Part shown: positions 10,134 through 23,013 of the stretch, piece by piece | Numbering within the stretch: position 1 is the stretch's first letter | How the letters are laid out: each line of letters opens with the position of its first letter | NCBI GenBank assembly: GCA_946965045.2 | Contig: OX337229.1 | Location: forward strand, 4,526,001 to 4,590,000 | Origin: Epithemia pelagica | Taxonomy: Eukaryota; Protista; Bacillariophyta | Direction: 5' to 3' | Length of the DNA stretch: 64,000 bases | Notes under the pieces: model-generated | What the model was told of the DNA's origin: nothing | The model's input: only the letters and a program-made list of their open reading frames with translations | Database searches by the model: none | Made by a program: the position numbers and the translations under genes

Positions 10134-13100
10134 CTAGCAATCGAAAGGAGCTGGTCGTTTCCTGTTCCCTTTCTTTTTCTCACGTGGCTTGAACGAAAAC
10201 TTGATTTGACCTCGATCCGATCTCTCAAGTTCTTGCAAGACGGATGAAGGCTGCTTTTTTGTTTCCTCAGTCGACTTTTCGATTGTCTCTCCAGATGCGA
10301 CAAATGGAGAATCTGTTGCTTTCTTGGTAAGTGTTCCCGAAGAATCTGGCAACATTTGTTGAGCAACAGCTCTTTGGTAGTAACGCATTAATACCGCACT
10401 TCCGATCTTGAAAGATGTTTGGCGCATACGCACAAGCTCCTGTCGCTGTTTTTCAAACATGGACTTTTGCATCTTTTTGAGATCAATGAAGGAACGTTCG
10501 TGCTGTGCCTCATCTTCGTCATCGTCGAAGAAAGGAACTTCGAAGTCGGTTGTTTCTCTTATTGAGCGGCGAACAATCCGATTCTTGCCCCCGCCGCTGT
10601 GTCGAGCACTGTCTGGTCCGCGATCACCACCAAAGGGTGGAGGGGAAGAGCCGTCTTTGTTGTTGGGGTCCTTCTTCCATGCGGCACGAATTCTCGCCTC
10701 TTCGGCTCGCTCCTCTGCATCCATTTCCCGCTCGGCATTGGAATGATCAATGCGTTCTCTCTCAATGCGGTCGCTTACGGAGAGCATCACCTTGCGGATT
10801 GCATTTTCCAGTTTACCCGACATGTACTCCGCCGCTGCATATGCTCGCCCAGACACCTGTAAAGGAAAAAATGTGTGAGATTAATCGCATAGAACCACAG
10901 TGAATAAGGAATGGGACTGTGAGCACATCCGACGTACAGTATCAGTTCGGTCCCGTAATCGTGCGTTGTATTTTAGAGCGTTCTTGAAGATCAACCGTAG
11001 ATCTTCTATGACTTGGCCGAAATTGTCGTAGTGACGTTTCTTCAGATTTCGTTGTACTTTCTCCCAATCCATTGGCTTCGAAATGAATGCCGTGTAGTCT
11101 GCAGGGTAATCAGCTCGAATAAAGTAAGTCATATACTTGACATCGCTTTGGTGTCTGAGTGCCTTGAGCAACTTTTCGCATTCGCTTTCATGCCATGTAT
11201 ACCGGTCACCCTCCAAGCTTTTCTCAATGGGTTCTTTCAGGACAATGTCCATCTGTTCAGTATGAGCCATTTCTCGATTCTTCGTGGTAAGCTTCCATGA
11301 CAAAGGAGGAAGACCGTCCGCCCCACCTTCGTCCGAATGATCACTATCTATCACGTAGCCTGAAAGAAGCTCAAGTGACAACCAACGAGCGTAACGTAGT
11401 AAATGTACAGACGCATCATAATACGCACAGGAAAGAGGGTCACCAATATCTCGACCATCTTTGTTGAACCGAATTGCATTGGAAAAAGTGAGGGCGACAT
11501 CGTCGATTAACTGCAGGGAAGAGCAAATATATGGGTGAGACCTAAATGAGATCGAGATGTTTGGCAGTTGCGTCAACTTACATCTTCACATGACGTGTAC
11601 CGGTTTCCTGCCAATAAAGTACATTCCACCGTTGTGCTGCAGTCGTGGTGGTAGCAGCAGCAGTAGGAACGGATCCAAAACAAAAGCAAAAAGAAATAGA
11701 TATTAGGTATCGTGAGAATCGAAAAAGTGGATGGGTACTAGCCAGAGATGACCATCCTCCATTCATATGGCAGTAACACTATAAACAACACACGTACAGA
11801 TCCATAGGCTTCCGTATTTTCGCAGCATAGGCATCCCTAAGTTCAGGGAAGAGCATGGTCACCGGAACATGAAAAATAAATTTTGGACGCGCGGCTGAAA
11901 GCCAGGGATGCCGAAGGAGTTCTTTGAAATAGCGAGCGCAGTCAGCCTCCCATGACTGTAAGCTCTTTACCGCTCGACGCAAGGGAAAAGCTTCTTTCAC
12001 TCGTGCAATTGCAATATGAAGAGGCAAAGGCTGGTTGGAAGCTTTTGGTTGCGTCGTGTTCTTCTTTTGTGTCGGTCCCGTGACTTTAGGAGACTTGGAA
12101 CGCGATGCAGCTGCAGCGGATACAGAAGACAAAGTGATGGAGATTCGTGGGGCAGTCTTCCCTTTTGATACACCACCACCTTCCACTTTTTGCTTCTTAG
12201 CCGCCGGGCCACCCGCTGATGGAGGCGAAGATGTTGAATCCACACCTGATGTCGCTGACTCAGCCTTGGTAGGTGAAAAGGCATTGGGGTCCTCCAAAGC
12301 CTTAATTCTTGCATAGAAGATACGACGGAAATTCTTGGCTCCATATTTCGCCATTGAAACAAGGTGTTCCCCGTTTCGTTCCGAATGATACTTCTCGCAA
12401 TTTCGAAAGATGATGCTCATGTCATACTCAAAATCTTCTGGAGTGGCGTAAGTGCCATTCTTTACCTTCTTATCAACCGATTGCAAATCCATGGGTTCCA
12501 AAATGAAATCGTTATAGTCGGGAAAGACGACGGATGACACAGGCTTTTCGAATGGACCCATCGCTGGTTCGGTAATTTTGGTTGCCTTATCCGAGTATTT
12601 CAGTTCTCTCAAATCATCAAGTATACTCGATAAAACTGATACAGGTGGTCTTGGAATGGAAAGACTAACAGTGTTTGCTTTTTGCCTCTCCGCGATGCCC
12701 TTAGGAGACTTTTCATAGCGCGCAAGTTGCTCGAGCTGTTGCGTCATGACAGATCCCAGTCGATTGGCCTGTTCCACGTAGAGTCTCCCATCTTCACGCC
12801 CACTATAATAAGTGTTGCAATTTTGAACAATCAACTTGCAATCGGTGGCAAATTCCGATATCGACTGATAGCGACCTTCTAAAAGATTCGAGGTTACCGT
12901 TTGAAAATCCATAGGTCGTTGAACCTTTTCCAAGTAGTCTTGCGGAAACTGACCGCCACAATAAATCTTTACTGGATGGAGAAAGTAGAGAACTGTAGGC
13001 TGTCCGTCCGAGGGATTGACAATGTTGTACAATGTCCCTAGAACTTCCAAGCATAACTTCCAGCAGTAGAGAAGTTTGGGATATGCCACGTTTCCAGCTT

Positions 13101-14672
13101 GAGCAAAGAAAAAGGCCATCAAGTCTTCGGCGGTCCCCAGCAGCTCGGCCGCTACTTGTCGAATGGAGTCTTTCATGCTAGTATTGTAACAAAGGCAGTT
13201 TGAGAAGATTCTTCTCATATCCATGCAAAAGTCAGCCAAAGATTTGTATGATTTATTTTCCACCTTGGTGGTCATTTTGCTGATGTCCATGGGGTGTTTG
13301 ATTTTTGCCCGATAATCTTGTATAATGGCTTTGTCCGTAACAGGACTCAAAAACCATGATATATTGGATTGATGCCGTCGTTTCATACCCAAGATAACTT
13401 TAGCACAGGCTTGGTTTTGAACTGATGGCAACCCTCCTCCACGACCGACCGCAGCGCTTTCTTTTACGGTGCCACTCACCGACTTTTTTGTTCGTTTTCG
13501 CTTTTGTCCACCTTTCGCTGTTGAAGAAGAAGTGGCGGACGGATTGGGGGTCGGAGCAGAGCTGGTTGTTGAGGGTGCTGTGGTTGCTGATTTTGACGCC
13601 GCTGAGGTTTTCTCTTTGGATGAGGACGTCGATGTTGGCTTGGCAGGAGCTGGTGGTTGAACAACCCCTTTGGGAAGCTCTTTGCCGCGACTGTTGCCTA
13701 GTTTAACTGATATTTTCCCACTGGATTTGGAAGATTTACCAGAAGAGGATTTGCTGGTGGATGGCGTTGGTACCGGAGGATCCTCACTGGATGGTACTGA
13801 GGCGGGAGCGGCTGAGACGGCCGCACTCGATGACGACGGAAAGGTCGTTGAAGTAGAAGACGAACCTCCAGATGGTCCTTTCAGTTTGAGACGAATGACG
13901 GGTTTGGATGGTTTCTGCTTCACCTCACTTGACGCATTTGTACTTTTGGTGGTGGAGGGAACGGGTGCGGTAGCTTCGGCGGCCGACTTTTTGGTTGGTA
14001 GCTTGACTTTTAACTTTGCCTTTTTAGGTTTCGGAGGAGCCATTGCGGCTGCGTCGGATGAACCAACATCGACCGAAGTCGTTGCAGATACAGGAGCCTC
14101 TGACGATGTCGATGCTTTTGCGGACGCTTTATTGGCCGCTGTAGGCAATTGTTTGGCCAATTTTAGTTTGATGGTGGGCTTGCTGGCTCCAGACGACGTG
14201 GATGTTGATGCAGACGAGATCGATTTTCCTCGTTCAGCAGACTTGCGTTCCTTATTGAAATATTTAATCATGTCTTTTGCCATTTTTGCGATCCACTTGG
14301 TTTCGCGGTCGCCGTGGTATTTAATGGCATTTTCGAAAGTGCCTTTGACATCGGTCCAAACATCAACAAGCGACTGGTATGTGCCTCCCTCCAAGTTTTG
14401 TGTGATAGTTTGCAAATCCAGCGGTTTGGCAATTACATCAAGATACCCAGGAACTTGATTCAAGTCAAAAGGAGTTAAGAAAAGCTACGGAAAGCGACCA
14501 TTCACCAAATCGAGAAAAACCATGAATGAAAGGTTAGTGTGTCTCGAACTTCGAAATAGCATCCGAAATGGCCAAACATATGTTGACTTACATAGTTCCA
14601 GTCTTTGTACCGTTCTCCTTTCAAATTCTTTAGCACTGTGCGGGCAATTTCATATTCTTGCGACGACAACAT
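10134..14672 (-). CDS. Multi-bromodomain protein (six bromodomain-like repeats), 5 exons, ~1372 aa
   Basis: Exons 14672-14592, 14484-11798, 11636-11582, 11510-10938 and 10856-10134 splice in frame at GT-AG. Repeated F..P...Y...I..PMDL..I...L...Y...D...IF.NA..Y motifs are separated by Ser/Lys-rich linkers. Confidence 0.9.
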
Positions 14673-14958
14673 GGTCAATCTGCATTCTTTCAGACTAATC
14701 TGGGCGTGTTTCCCATTGTCGAATGAAAGAGTGGCACGTTGCAACCGACACAAAGATAGTGCACAGACATTAAGTAAAGTACTTTCTCACGCCCGACGTG
14801 TAGCCGACCGGCGCTCCTGCCTCTGAACACAAACCACAACCACATGCACCCCACATCTGAAGATTTTAGAGAACCTTACGCCATGACGGAAAAACCATCA
14901 TGAGAACATGAAACACATTCAAAGCCACACCAGTCAGGTTTGAGGGAAAAGCACACGA

Positions 14959-16248
14959 ATGTTTGTTCAGACATTCACCAACCGGATTCTAGGGCGCAAC
15001 TTGTCCTCTTCTCATTGGCTTCCATCAGTCAGCAAGGGCAATGCGCGTCGGAACGCACGTACTTGGATGGATTGGACAAATGACGACGACCGCAATGATA
15101 TCAATTTTAAGCAACGGAGAAAGAACAAAAGAATAGGTTATTGTTGTGGACGTGGTCCATATCAGAAAAGAAGAGTGGATCAATTAGTATTCTTCATTGT
15201 TCTGTTGGCGCTGGCACTATTGCTTGTTTTGTTCGGTTGGTCGATTGCATTTCTTGAGCGAAAGGAAATCACACTCTCCGATTTACCAAAAGTTGATTTT
15301 GTGGTGGGAGGCTTTCCCAAATGCGGTACAACAACTTTGCTTTATGCGCTTCATCGCCACGAAGAGATTCTGGTTCCGTCTCGAGAATCTTGTGCTCTGA
15401 AAGACACTTGGCGCCAAGTGGCCCAGGTTCGACGACGATATCGCAATGAAGCGATGGAGTTGTTCGCGGAAACAGGGAATGGAAATCACACGTCCATCTC
15501 GAAACGCACGGGATCTTTCGTGAAGGGCCTGAAGTGTCCCTCGGGCATTTACAGCTCTAATTTCATATACAGACTGAACGAAATAAACCAAAACAGTGAG
15601 AACACCAATCGTCATCATCCGATCAAATGGATAATTGGAATGAGACATCCGATTTGGCAGGTACAATCTTTCTACAACTATCGGATTACAGAACTGTACG
15701 ACAAAAAGGTTTGGTGGAAAGACATTCGTTCACTGGAGAACATTCTTGCTTCGGATGTACCCTGGAAGGATATGTCGAGATCCTCGCATAAATACGAAAT
15801 ATACGTGGCGCAATTACTATCTGTCTTACAGAATACAACGTCGTCGCTCCCTACCGGCAAATCTGTCTTTCTGTATACTTTGGAACAGATAGAAGATGAC
15901 AACGCCGAACGAGCCGCACATTTTCGACAGGATATATCTACATTCCTTGGACTGGAGAAACAGCTGTCGACATTGGGGAAAGAGAACGTGAATCGGTTTG
16001 TGTCTGGTCCACAACGACACAAAGAGGCTATTTCAATCTGCCAGGACAGGTTCCAAGCCGTTCGTCGTCAACTCGTGAGGGACAGTACGGCAACAGCACT
16101 GTGGATACAAAGTCAACTTGGTCTAGATGGGAACCGGAATACGGCCGGGGCTGTAGATGAAGATGAACATCTGGGGGATCTCATCTTTGTCAGCAATCCG
16201 ATGTTTTTGAATCAGATCTTAGACTCGTGGAAAAAAGATCCATGTTAG
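14959..16248 (+). CDS. Type II membrane sulfotransferase-like P-loop protein
   Basis: TM helix, then DFVVGGFPKCGTTTLLYAL (PAPS-binding loop) and IIGMRHPI...SFYNY (3'-phosphate-binding motif). Confidence 0.72.
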   Translation: MFVQTFTNRILGRNLSSSHWLPSVSKGNARRNARTWMDWTNDDDRNDINFKQRRKNKRIGYCCGRGPYQKRRVDQLVFFIVLLALALLLVLFGWSIAFLERKEITLSDLPKVDFVVGGFPKCGTTTLLYALHRHEEILVPSRESCALKDTWRQVAQVRRRYRNEAMELFAETGNGNHTSISKRTGSFVKGLKCPSGIYSSNFIYRLNEINQNSENTNRHHPIKWIIGMRHPIWQVQSFYNYRITELYDKKVWWKDIRSLENILASDVPWKDMSRSSHKYEIYVAQLLSVLQNTTSSLPTGKSVFLYTLEQIEDDNAERAAHFRQDISTFLGLEKQLSTLGKENVNRFVSGPQRHKEAISICQDRFQAVRRQLVRDSTATALWIQSQLGLDGNRNTAGAVDEDEHLGDLIFVSNPMFLNQILDSWKKDPC

Positions 16249-16869
16249 AACCGAATTTTCGTGTATCATCTTGACTTGGAGGTGATGCGAGATGGAACCA
16301 TGGACCACACAAATTTCCTCCACTCCCTTGACGTCTGTATTTCAATTGAGCGATGATACACGAGGTGAAAGAGCGAAAGACTTCGTAGAGTGGAACAAAA
16401 GGTAATTTACCGTACAACGTGCAATGTTACTACTCCTACCTACATTTTAGAAAGAAGCTCTAGGAGTATTCTTGTGTGTGTCCAAAGTCCAAACGCGTAG
16501 CGCCCAACGATCCATTTCATTCCAACTCAGTCCAGTCGCGCACTCTAGAGAGGAGTCTTATCGACAGTTCTGCAGATAGAGCTGTTGTGTACTGTGTGCG
16601 ACTAATTTGAGATTACTGGTCGTTACGGGTGGCTCTTAGCAGTGGCAGACTAAAACTAAAGCGAATCTCAGATTCCAATTTGGAATGCAGATTCACGAAT
16701 CTGTGGGGATTGGGGATCGGGGTGATGTGGTTCCATACAAACTTCCAGGCAATAGACACAAAGGTTTCTGTCGAATGTTGCTTCCTCTGAGGCATAACCC
16801 ATATGCTCCTATTCCTATCAATATTCACTTCATTCAAGTTGTCAAGTGACTATCAAAAAGGCTTTGACA

Positions 16870-18446
16870 ATGAGGGTCTTATCTTTTCAATCCTCTCTAT
16901 TCATGCTTCTTATGCAAGTCATTGAGTTACACGGCTTCGCTCAATTAACACCGCACTTGAATCCATCATCCTCGAAACTCCGTAAAGGCCATCCTCGGCC
17001 CTTTGGAATTCCAAGCCTTGCTTCCTCGCCGTCTTCAGTGAACATGGACGTACAGGGAAACATACTGGTGAACAATCGTCATTCTGCTTCAGACTGGTTC
17101 TACAATGTCAAAAGTATCCCGCAGTCTGGAGTCCTCAAAGAAATTTTGGGACCCGTGAAAGCGGTTGCAAGCTGGGCACTTCTGGTTTCGGTGGTGCAAA
17201 GGTTCCTCTTGCATTCCAGTAGCAGCATCATGAAGACTTTCGCAACAAAGCTCTGCATACCTGGAACCGCCCATTCCTTCCTCGTCTCAGCGCTCGGCCT
17301 ACTCCTCGTCTTCCGTACCAATGCCTCCTATCAAAGATTTTATGTAAGTTGTCTGTTGTAACCGCTGGAGTTTACAGGGTTCGCAAAGAACATGCACATT
17401 TCACGATTGACCATGGAGATTCTCACCGTCCGAATCTTCCCTTTTTGTGGCTTCAGGAGGGACGCAAAATATGGGAAAATATATTGAATCTATCACGCAA
17501 CTTATCGCGGATGATCCAGCTTTACTCGAAAGAAGTGGGACCTGATCGTGAAAGACTTTTGCTCAATCTGATCGCTGCTTTCCCATACCTATTACGGCTT
17601 CACATTAGACCTGGTTGTCTTTGCAGATCTCCAGAAAGCATTGATCCCAACTATCGCTTGATGATGAACCAACCTGCAGTGGCACCGGTTGATTCGCGAT
17701 ATGAAGGGGACAAAGCAACTGACCTAGCGGGACTAAACGCTATGGAGTCTCGTGACTGTTGGGTTGATAAAAGGAATCTTCCGTGGTCCTTGTTTCAAAA
17801 GTCTTCCCTTCAACGGCTTTCTCGTGCAAAGAACCGACCGCTGTGGGTATGCGATAGAATCGGACGGGAAATCATGTCCATTGAGTATGGACCAAACTTC
17901 ACGAGTCGGGAGAGATTAAATATGCTCAGCCTGGTTGGAAAGCTAACAGACGCACTTGGACAATGCGAGCGCATCCATCAGACTGCCGTCCCGTTAAATT
18001 ATGCAAGACATTCGCTACGATCGTTAACGCTTTGGCTATTCACGTTGCCATTTGCCTTGGTGAAGGATCTTGGACTTTTAACAGCTCCCGTAACTGCTTG
18101 CACTGCGTGGCTTCTCTATGGCATCTACCAGATTGGATACAGTATTGAAGACCCGTTCCAAGGATCTCTTAGACTGTCCATATTATGCGATGCAATCCGG
18201 CGCGATGTTATGGGCAATTACGATGACCGTGACTCCGCGTTCGCTGGTGAACTGTCAGGTCAGGCTAATGATTTGGACTTCAATGGCCAAGGACAAGATT
18301 TGAACCACTTGTTGAATAAGAGAGCGATCGTCCGTGTATCAAACAACACTTTTTCCTCACTATTTCGAGATACTGAGGTCAAACACTACACGAGAATACA
18401 CGAACAAACCGGTCGATCAGAAGGGGTTCCTACCCTTCTGCAATAG
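16870..18446 (+). CDS. Bestrophin-like (VCCN/BST-type) anion channel with plastid-type presequence, 2 exons
   Basis: Intron 17344-17456 joins LLVFRTNASYQRFY|EGRKIW. Further motifs: CERIHQTAVPLNYARH and IGYSIEDPF. Signal peptide ends ...LHG-FAQ. Confidence 0.87.
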
Positions 18447-18932
18447 TCAAGCGACAACCTGTACAAAGAATTCGAGGATAACTCGAACTCATATCACTCT
18501 CCCTTCTCTTCAGGAGCCCACGCCATAGCGAAGTCAATCATGTATCCAGTTCGCAGCTGAGTTACATTCGGAGAAGACATCACTTTGGGTTTTGAAGCTT
18601 GTATACTACTGATAGATTCACGCGAAAGTGCGGCGCGATCACCTCCCGTTCCATAGATTCGACTGCTCACTGCGTATGTTGAAAATACAATATAATAGAG
18701 ATATGATGCTGTTCACTTACAACGATATTCGTATATATTGAACTTTCTGTATTAGAGACACAGACCATTATGTACTAGGTAGGTCGAGACCCGGGATGAA
18801 ACTGATACAAATTGCACAATGTGTCGAAGCGCGTAAGTGCTGCTTTCAACTCGACAGACAATCGAGCTCGCCGAACGAACTAACTACGCCGTGAACAACG
18901 TTTTGAGTCGACGGTAAGGTGCTATTACGTAA

Positions 18933-20363
18933 TTACCATCGAGGACCTCGTCGGTAGTGCTCGTTACCCCCACCCCCACCACGCTCCCATCGTCCTCCAC
19001 GGTCACCTCGATCTCCTCCATAACCTCCACCACCACGCGGAGGATATCCTCCACCGCCGCCACCTCCAAAACGCCTTCCTCGATTTCGATCATTGTAATC
19101 TCCTCCTGGGTGGTTGCTGTTGTCACGTCCGTAACCTCCCTGTCGATCGTCATTGTATCCACCCTTTGATGGTGGAGGTTTTGGACCGTATCGACCATAT
19201 TGTGCAACCATTTCTTTATGCTTGTCACGCACCAACTTCCACCCCACATATTGTTTCCCGGCATAATGCGCGGCAATCCGCTCGTCTGCATCACGCGATG
19301 ACATAAAGTTTCCTGATACTTGACAGACCGTTTTGTCTGTCGATATATCGCTTTTGACGTAGTTAAGGTTTCGATGTTGTTGATCGACAGCGTCTTGGAG
19401 TGGAGCTAACCGCGAAACCGTGTTAGCCATGTCAAAAAGAATTTGTTGCTTTTGCATGGTTATCCGACCAAGATCCAACTGGAGCTCTGATGTTGCTTGC
19501 TCTTTGCCGTCATCCATCTCCTCCAGCTTTCGTTTTTTCGCACTATCGGCACCACCTTCATCAGCGCCATGAGATTCTCCCATTTCCGCTTCAACAGCAG
19601 ACGCGTCTTCCTCTTGCTTTACCGCTACAACGCCGTCTGTCTCGGTTTTAACAGCGGCTAAGTCTTGAGTTTGAGATGCTTGTTCTACGTTTGTTTCATC
19701 GGCCGCAGTTTGCTCGGCCAAAAGTTTCAGACGCTTCTCATGATTCGATTTCAGAATTTTGTCCAAAGCCTCCTTCTTTTCCTCTTCAAGCGCCACAACA
19801 TCCTGCAGTGATTGATACTGTCGGCCAAGCAATGTCTGAAGTTGTTCAACCTGCCACAGATCTGACGCCAAGTGATCAACAGCTCCTTCGTCAACTGTTT
19901 CCACAAAATCCTGTCCTCCACGCTGGCTCAGTTTTCTTTGAACTTCCTGTGCCAACTTGTCCTGGTTGCGCGTAACAATACGGTCACACTGGCGAACTAA
20001 TTCTTGAAGCTTTTGGAAGAGTTGAAAATGATAACCCAAAGACTCTTGCTCCTGAGGAGATAGCTTTTTGTATTCCTCATGAGCACCACGATCTACAACA
20101 TACGGGTTGGTACCGATATCACTTTTCGTGTTTACAAATAGTTCGTATACATCAACCCCCCAAGCCGTGAACAAAGGATCTATATCCTTGTCGTAACAAG
20201 ATTTGCTCCGTCGACCTGGGAGAAGCAACGAGCCCGTTTCACCACTCTGTTTGCGCTGACGTTGCTTCAGAGAAAGGGGGACCGCCGCGCCCGGTGGAAG
20301 TGGAGCATTTCGGTCTCCCCCCATGAGAGAGTCGAGCAGTGATCGGGCTTCTTCTGTCGCCAT
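18933..20363 (-). CDS. LUC7: LUC7-like U1 snRNP splicing factor with RGG-rich C-terminus
   Basis: ARSLLDSLMG..RN at the N-terminus, LFVNTKSDIG, VCQVSG...ERIAAHYAGKQYVGW, and an RGG/RD-rich tail. Confidence 0.9.
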   Translation of the reverse strand: MATEEARSLLDSLMGGDRNAPLPPGAAVPLSLKQRQRKQSGETGSLLLPGRRSKSCYDKDIDPLFTAWGVDVYELFVNTKSDIGTNPYVVDRGAHEEYKKLSPQEQESLGYHFQLFQKLQELVRQCDRIVTRNQDKLAQEVQRKLSQRGGQDFVETVDEGAVDHLASDLWQVEQLQTLLGRQYQSLQDVVALEEEKKEALDKILKSNHEKRLKLLAEQTAADETNVEQASQTQDLAAVKTETDGVVAVKQEEDASAVEAEMGESHGADEGGADSAKKRKLEEMDDGKEQATSELQLDLGRITMQKQQILFDMANTVSRLAPLQDAVDQQHRNLNYVKSDISTDKTVCQVSGNFMSSRDADERIAAHYAGKQYVGWKLVRDKHKEMVAQYGRYGPKPPPSKGGYNDDRQGGYGRDNSNHPGGDYNDRNRGRRFGGGGGGGYPPRGGGGYGGDRGDRGGRWERGGGGGNEHYRRGPRW

Positions 20364-20522
20364 CGTACATCAAAGGGTTTCGTTGTCCGAAAACACCACA
20401 AATGAAAATTGCGGAGGTAAGGAAGTGCTCCATTAGTCGTATCCCGTCTACAATATTCAACGAAGTCACGAATAAGAAACTAGGGTAGCTACCTTCTCCC
20501 ACACTCGATCTACAATACCCCG

Positions 20523-20548
20523 AGGAGTAGCTACTCCTAGGAGTAGCT
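20523..20548. repeat. Intergenic palindromic motif (perfect 20-bp AGCTACTCCTAGGAGTAGCT plus a half site)
   Basis: Perfect palindrome at 20529-20548; member of the dispersed TACTCCTAGGAGTA family. Confidence 0.85.
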
Positions 20549-20667
20549 GAGATTTTTCTGGCCTAAGAAAAGGGGTCCTCTAGGAACGGCGATCATCATG
20601 ACGAGTTGTCCATGCTTAGAGCGTGATGTTCCAGGACAGACTAAAACTCCAATAAACAAGATGTATT

Positions 20668-23013
20668 TTATTCATTCAGAAGCTCGCACTTGATTGTTAT
20701 GAATACGCCCGTCCCTTTGCCTTCGGTGAGAATCTCTTTTTCCACCACCCCTCCCGCCAAGAGTACTTTTCCTACAGTCACACGAACCGATCCAAACAGA
20801 ATGTCTTGAGTACGATCTCTCTTCTCCCCTTCTGCTTCATCATAGACATCGACGCTAATGATTTGGCCGTGGCTATGGAGCACATAGTCTCGATATTCAT
20901 TCCATTCAGGTGTCAATGTGTTTCTCGATGTCGTGGTTCGCCATACCTGAGGGTGGGAGCCAAACGAAATGTTCAAATACGTATCGGGAACATCGTCCGC
21001 CAAGAAAAACGCAGTCTTCCGAACCTGGAATCCCCTTCCACCCATTGCTGTGACCCGAACACGACTCTGCTCGGCAAATGTCGGATCCGACTCATCCAGT
21101 AGACGTTCCGATAAGTCCTCGACAGGCATTGGTGACGAGACAGTCCCACCATTTGCCTTTGCGGGTGGAGAATTCACCACGGCCAAAAGCGCCGATGGAT
21201 GTGTTCCACGCAATTCTCCTTTGGCTTCATTGGAAACCGCTGGCGGTGTTGCAGTTCCATTCAACAAGCTTGTTGTCTCGGGCGACGTTTGAACCCCTTG
21301 TAAGCATATCTGGAACTGAACCTTGGCCCCCTTTTTTCCAATGGATCGAGTTTCGGACAAGGTGTGATTCGAAGCAGAAGCGATATCATCATGCGTGACA
21401 ACAATGGTCCCTAATACGGTGCTTGTTCCATTGATCAATTCCAGACTGATGGGAGGGATTTTTCCATCCTTGACTAGTGCTCGTGTAACGTGGATCAAAA
21501 ACGCTTCGTCGTACGACGGGTTCAAACAATCGATCCCCGGATAATCCACAACCTGTAGGAATAAGAGAAGTGAGTCATGTAGGCATTAGAGAGAATACAA
21601 GCACAATCAGCCATGAACGTTACGACTTACCGCACTGGTGGCGAGTTTGGACGAGGCGCAAGTGACTTGGACAAATGCTGCCGCATCTTCTCGTGTCAAT
21701 GGAATGTCCATGGCCCCTAGAATCATGATTGTCAGCAAGCCGCATATGCGCTTGTCGTCGTCGTCGTCGGAACTGCTTTTCTTGACAACGAGGCTGTCGA
21801 GTTGCCTCGTGAAACGGAGGACTTGACTACCCACGGTGACGACCGCGCCATTGGGTCGATTTTGATCTTGCAGCGGCAATTCCAAGATTCCTCCCGTCAA
21901 GATGAGTTGTCCCGGTGAGGTCTGGGCAGTACCCAATAGGTCATCGGCATCGAGAGGTGCCGTATCGTGATCCCAACACTCGAGCTCCAGGCATTGATCG
22001 TGATCGGAAAGGACAAAGTCCATGGTCTCATTCCAAAGGGGCTGCAACGTATCATTAATGGTACGCGTACGATGGTGGATATCGCCCATTTTGATGGTAC
22101 AGTAACAATCTGGAACGTCATCCACAATGAGTCCCTTCTCCACGACGAAACCCTGGCCTTTCATGATGGTTAATCTCAAAACTCCCAAAGGAGGCTTGTG
22201 AATGTGACTAAAATCGGATGCCTTATCCATCTTGTACAATCTCCTTCTAGGCAACACCATCATACTGGTAATGGTGCTTTTGAGAATGTCTGTAATAGTT
22301 TGATCAATGCCTTGAAAATCGGCGACATGAGCCAATCCAGAGTACTTGAGTGAAATTTCGGGAGTGTTGATAAAGCCATATTGAATGGCTTCGACAATGG
22401 ACGTTGTGGGCACCAAGGGTCGCATGAGAATGGACATGCGTCCTTTCATCTTGATGGATTTTACTCCAAAGCTTCCAATCAAGTCTGCCTTGAGCTTAAT
22501 GTCGCAGTTGCCATCCCAGACGATATCCAGATCAAAGGCCAACGTGTTGGATTCGAGATCTACATCGTGGACACAGACATTGTCCAATCGGATGGGCACA
22601 GTTCCCAAATCAATCTTGGTAAAATGCAAGGTGCGCAATGGACCAGGCATTTCTTGGAACATGGGTTCAGCTGTCGCTCGAATGGTATCACTCCCGGCAA
22701 TGTTGATGTAAGGCCACAATTGATGGACAATATCAGCTAAAAAGCCAATTTGTTCTTCTTCATTCATGGCCAGGGCTTTACTACTACTCGCGTTGGGAAA
22801 CTGGAAGGCACGGAGGTTTTTGGTCGTCCCTTTGGCTCGACGAGTGCCAGACTCGCTGTCATGGTCATGGAATTCATCGCGCAACTCGACAAAGAGCGAA
22901 ATCAGTGCCGTGCGATTTTGATACAGGAGCATGGCTGTGGCGGTCAACGCCGAACCGAGGAGGAAGGAAGACCATCCGGAACTCGACGAGGAATCCATCT
23001 TGGCAATCACCAT
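20668..23013 (-). CDS. Extended synaptotagmin-like protein (TM + SMP + C2 domains), 2 exons
   Basis: SMP-like region (LWPYI...FTKIDLGTVPIRL...WDGNCDI) and two C2 domains (PDCYC...LQPLWNE; PDTYL...LTPEWNE). Intron 21630-21553 joins in frame. Confidence 0.85.

Noticed and set aside
13670-14458. Long + strand ORF (262 aa)
   Set aside because: Antisense shadow of the Ser/Lys-rich linker of the bromodomain gene.
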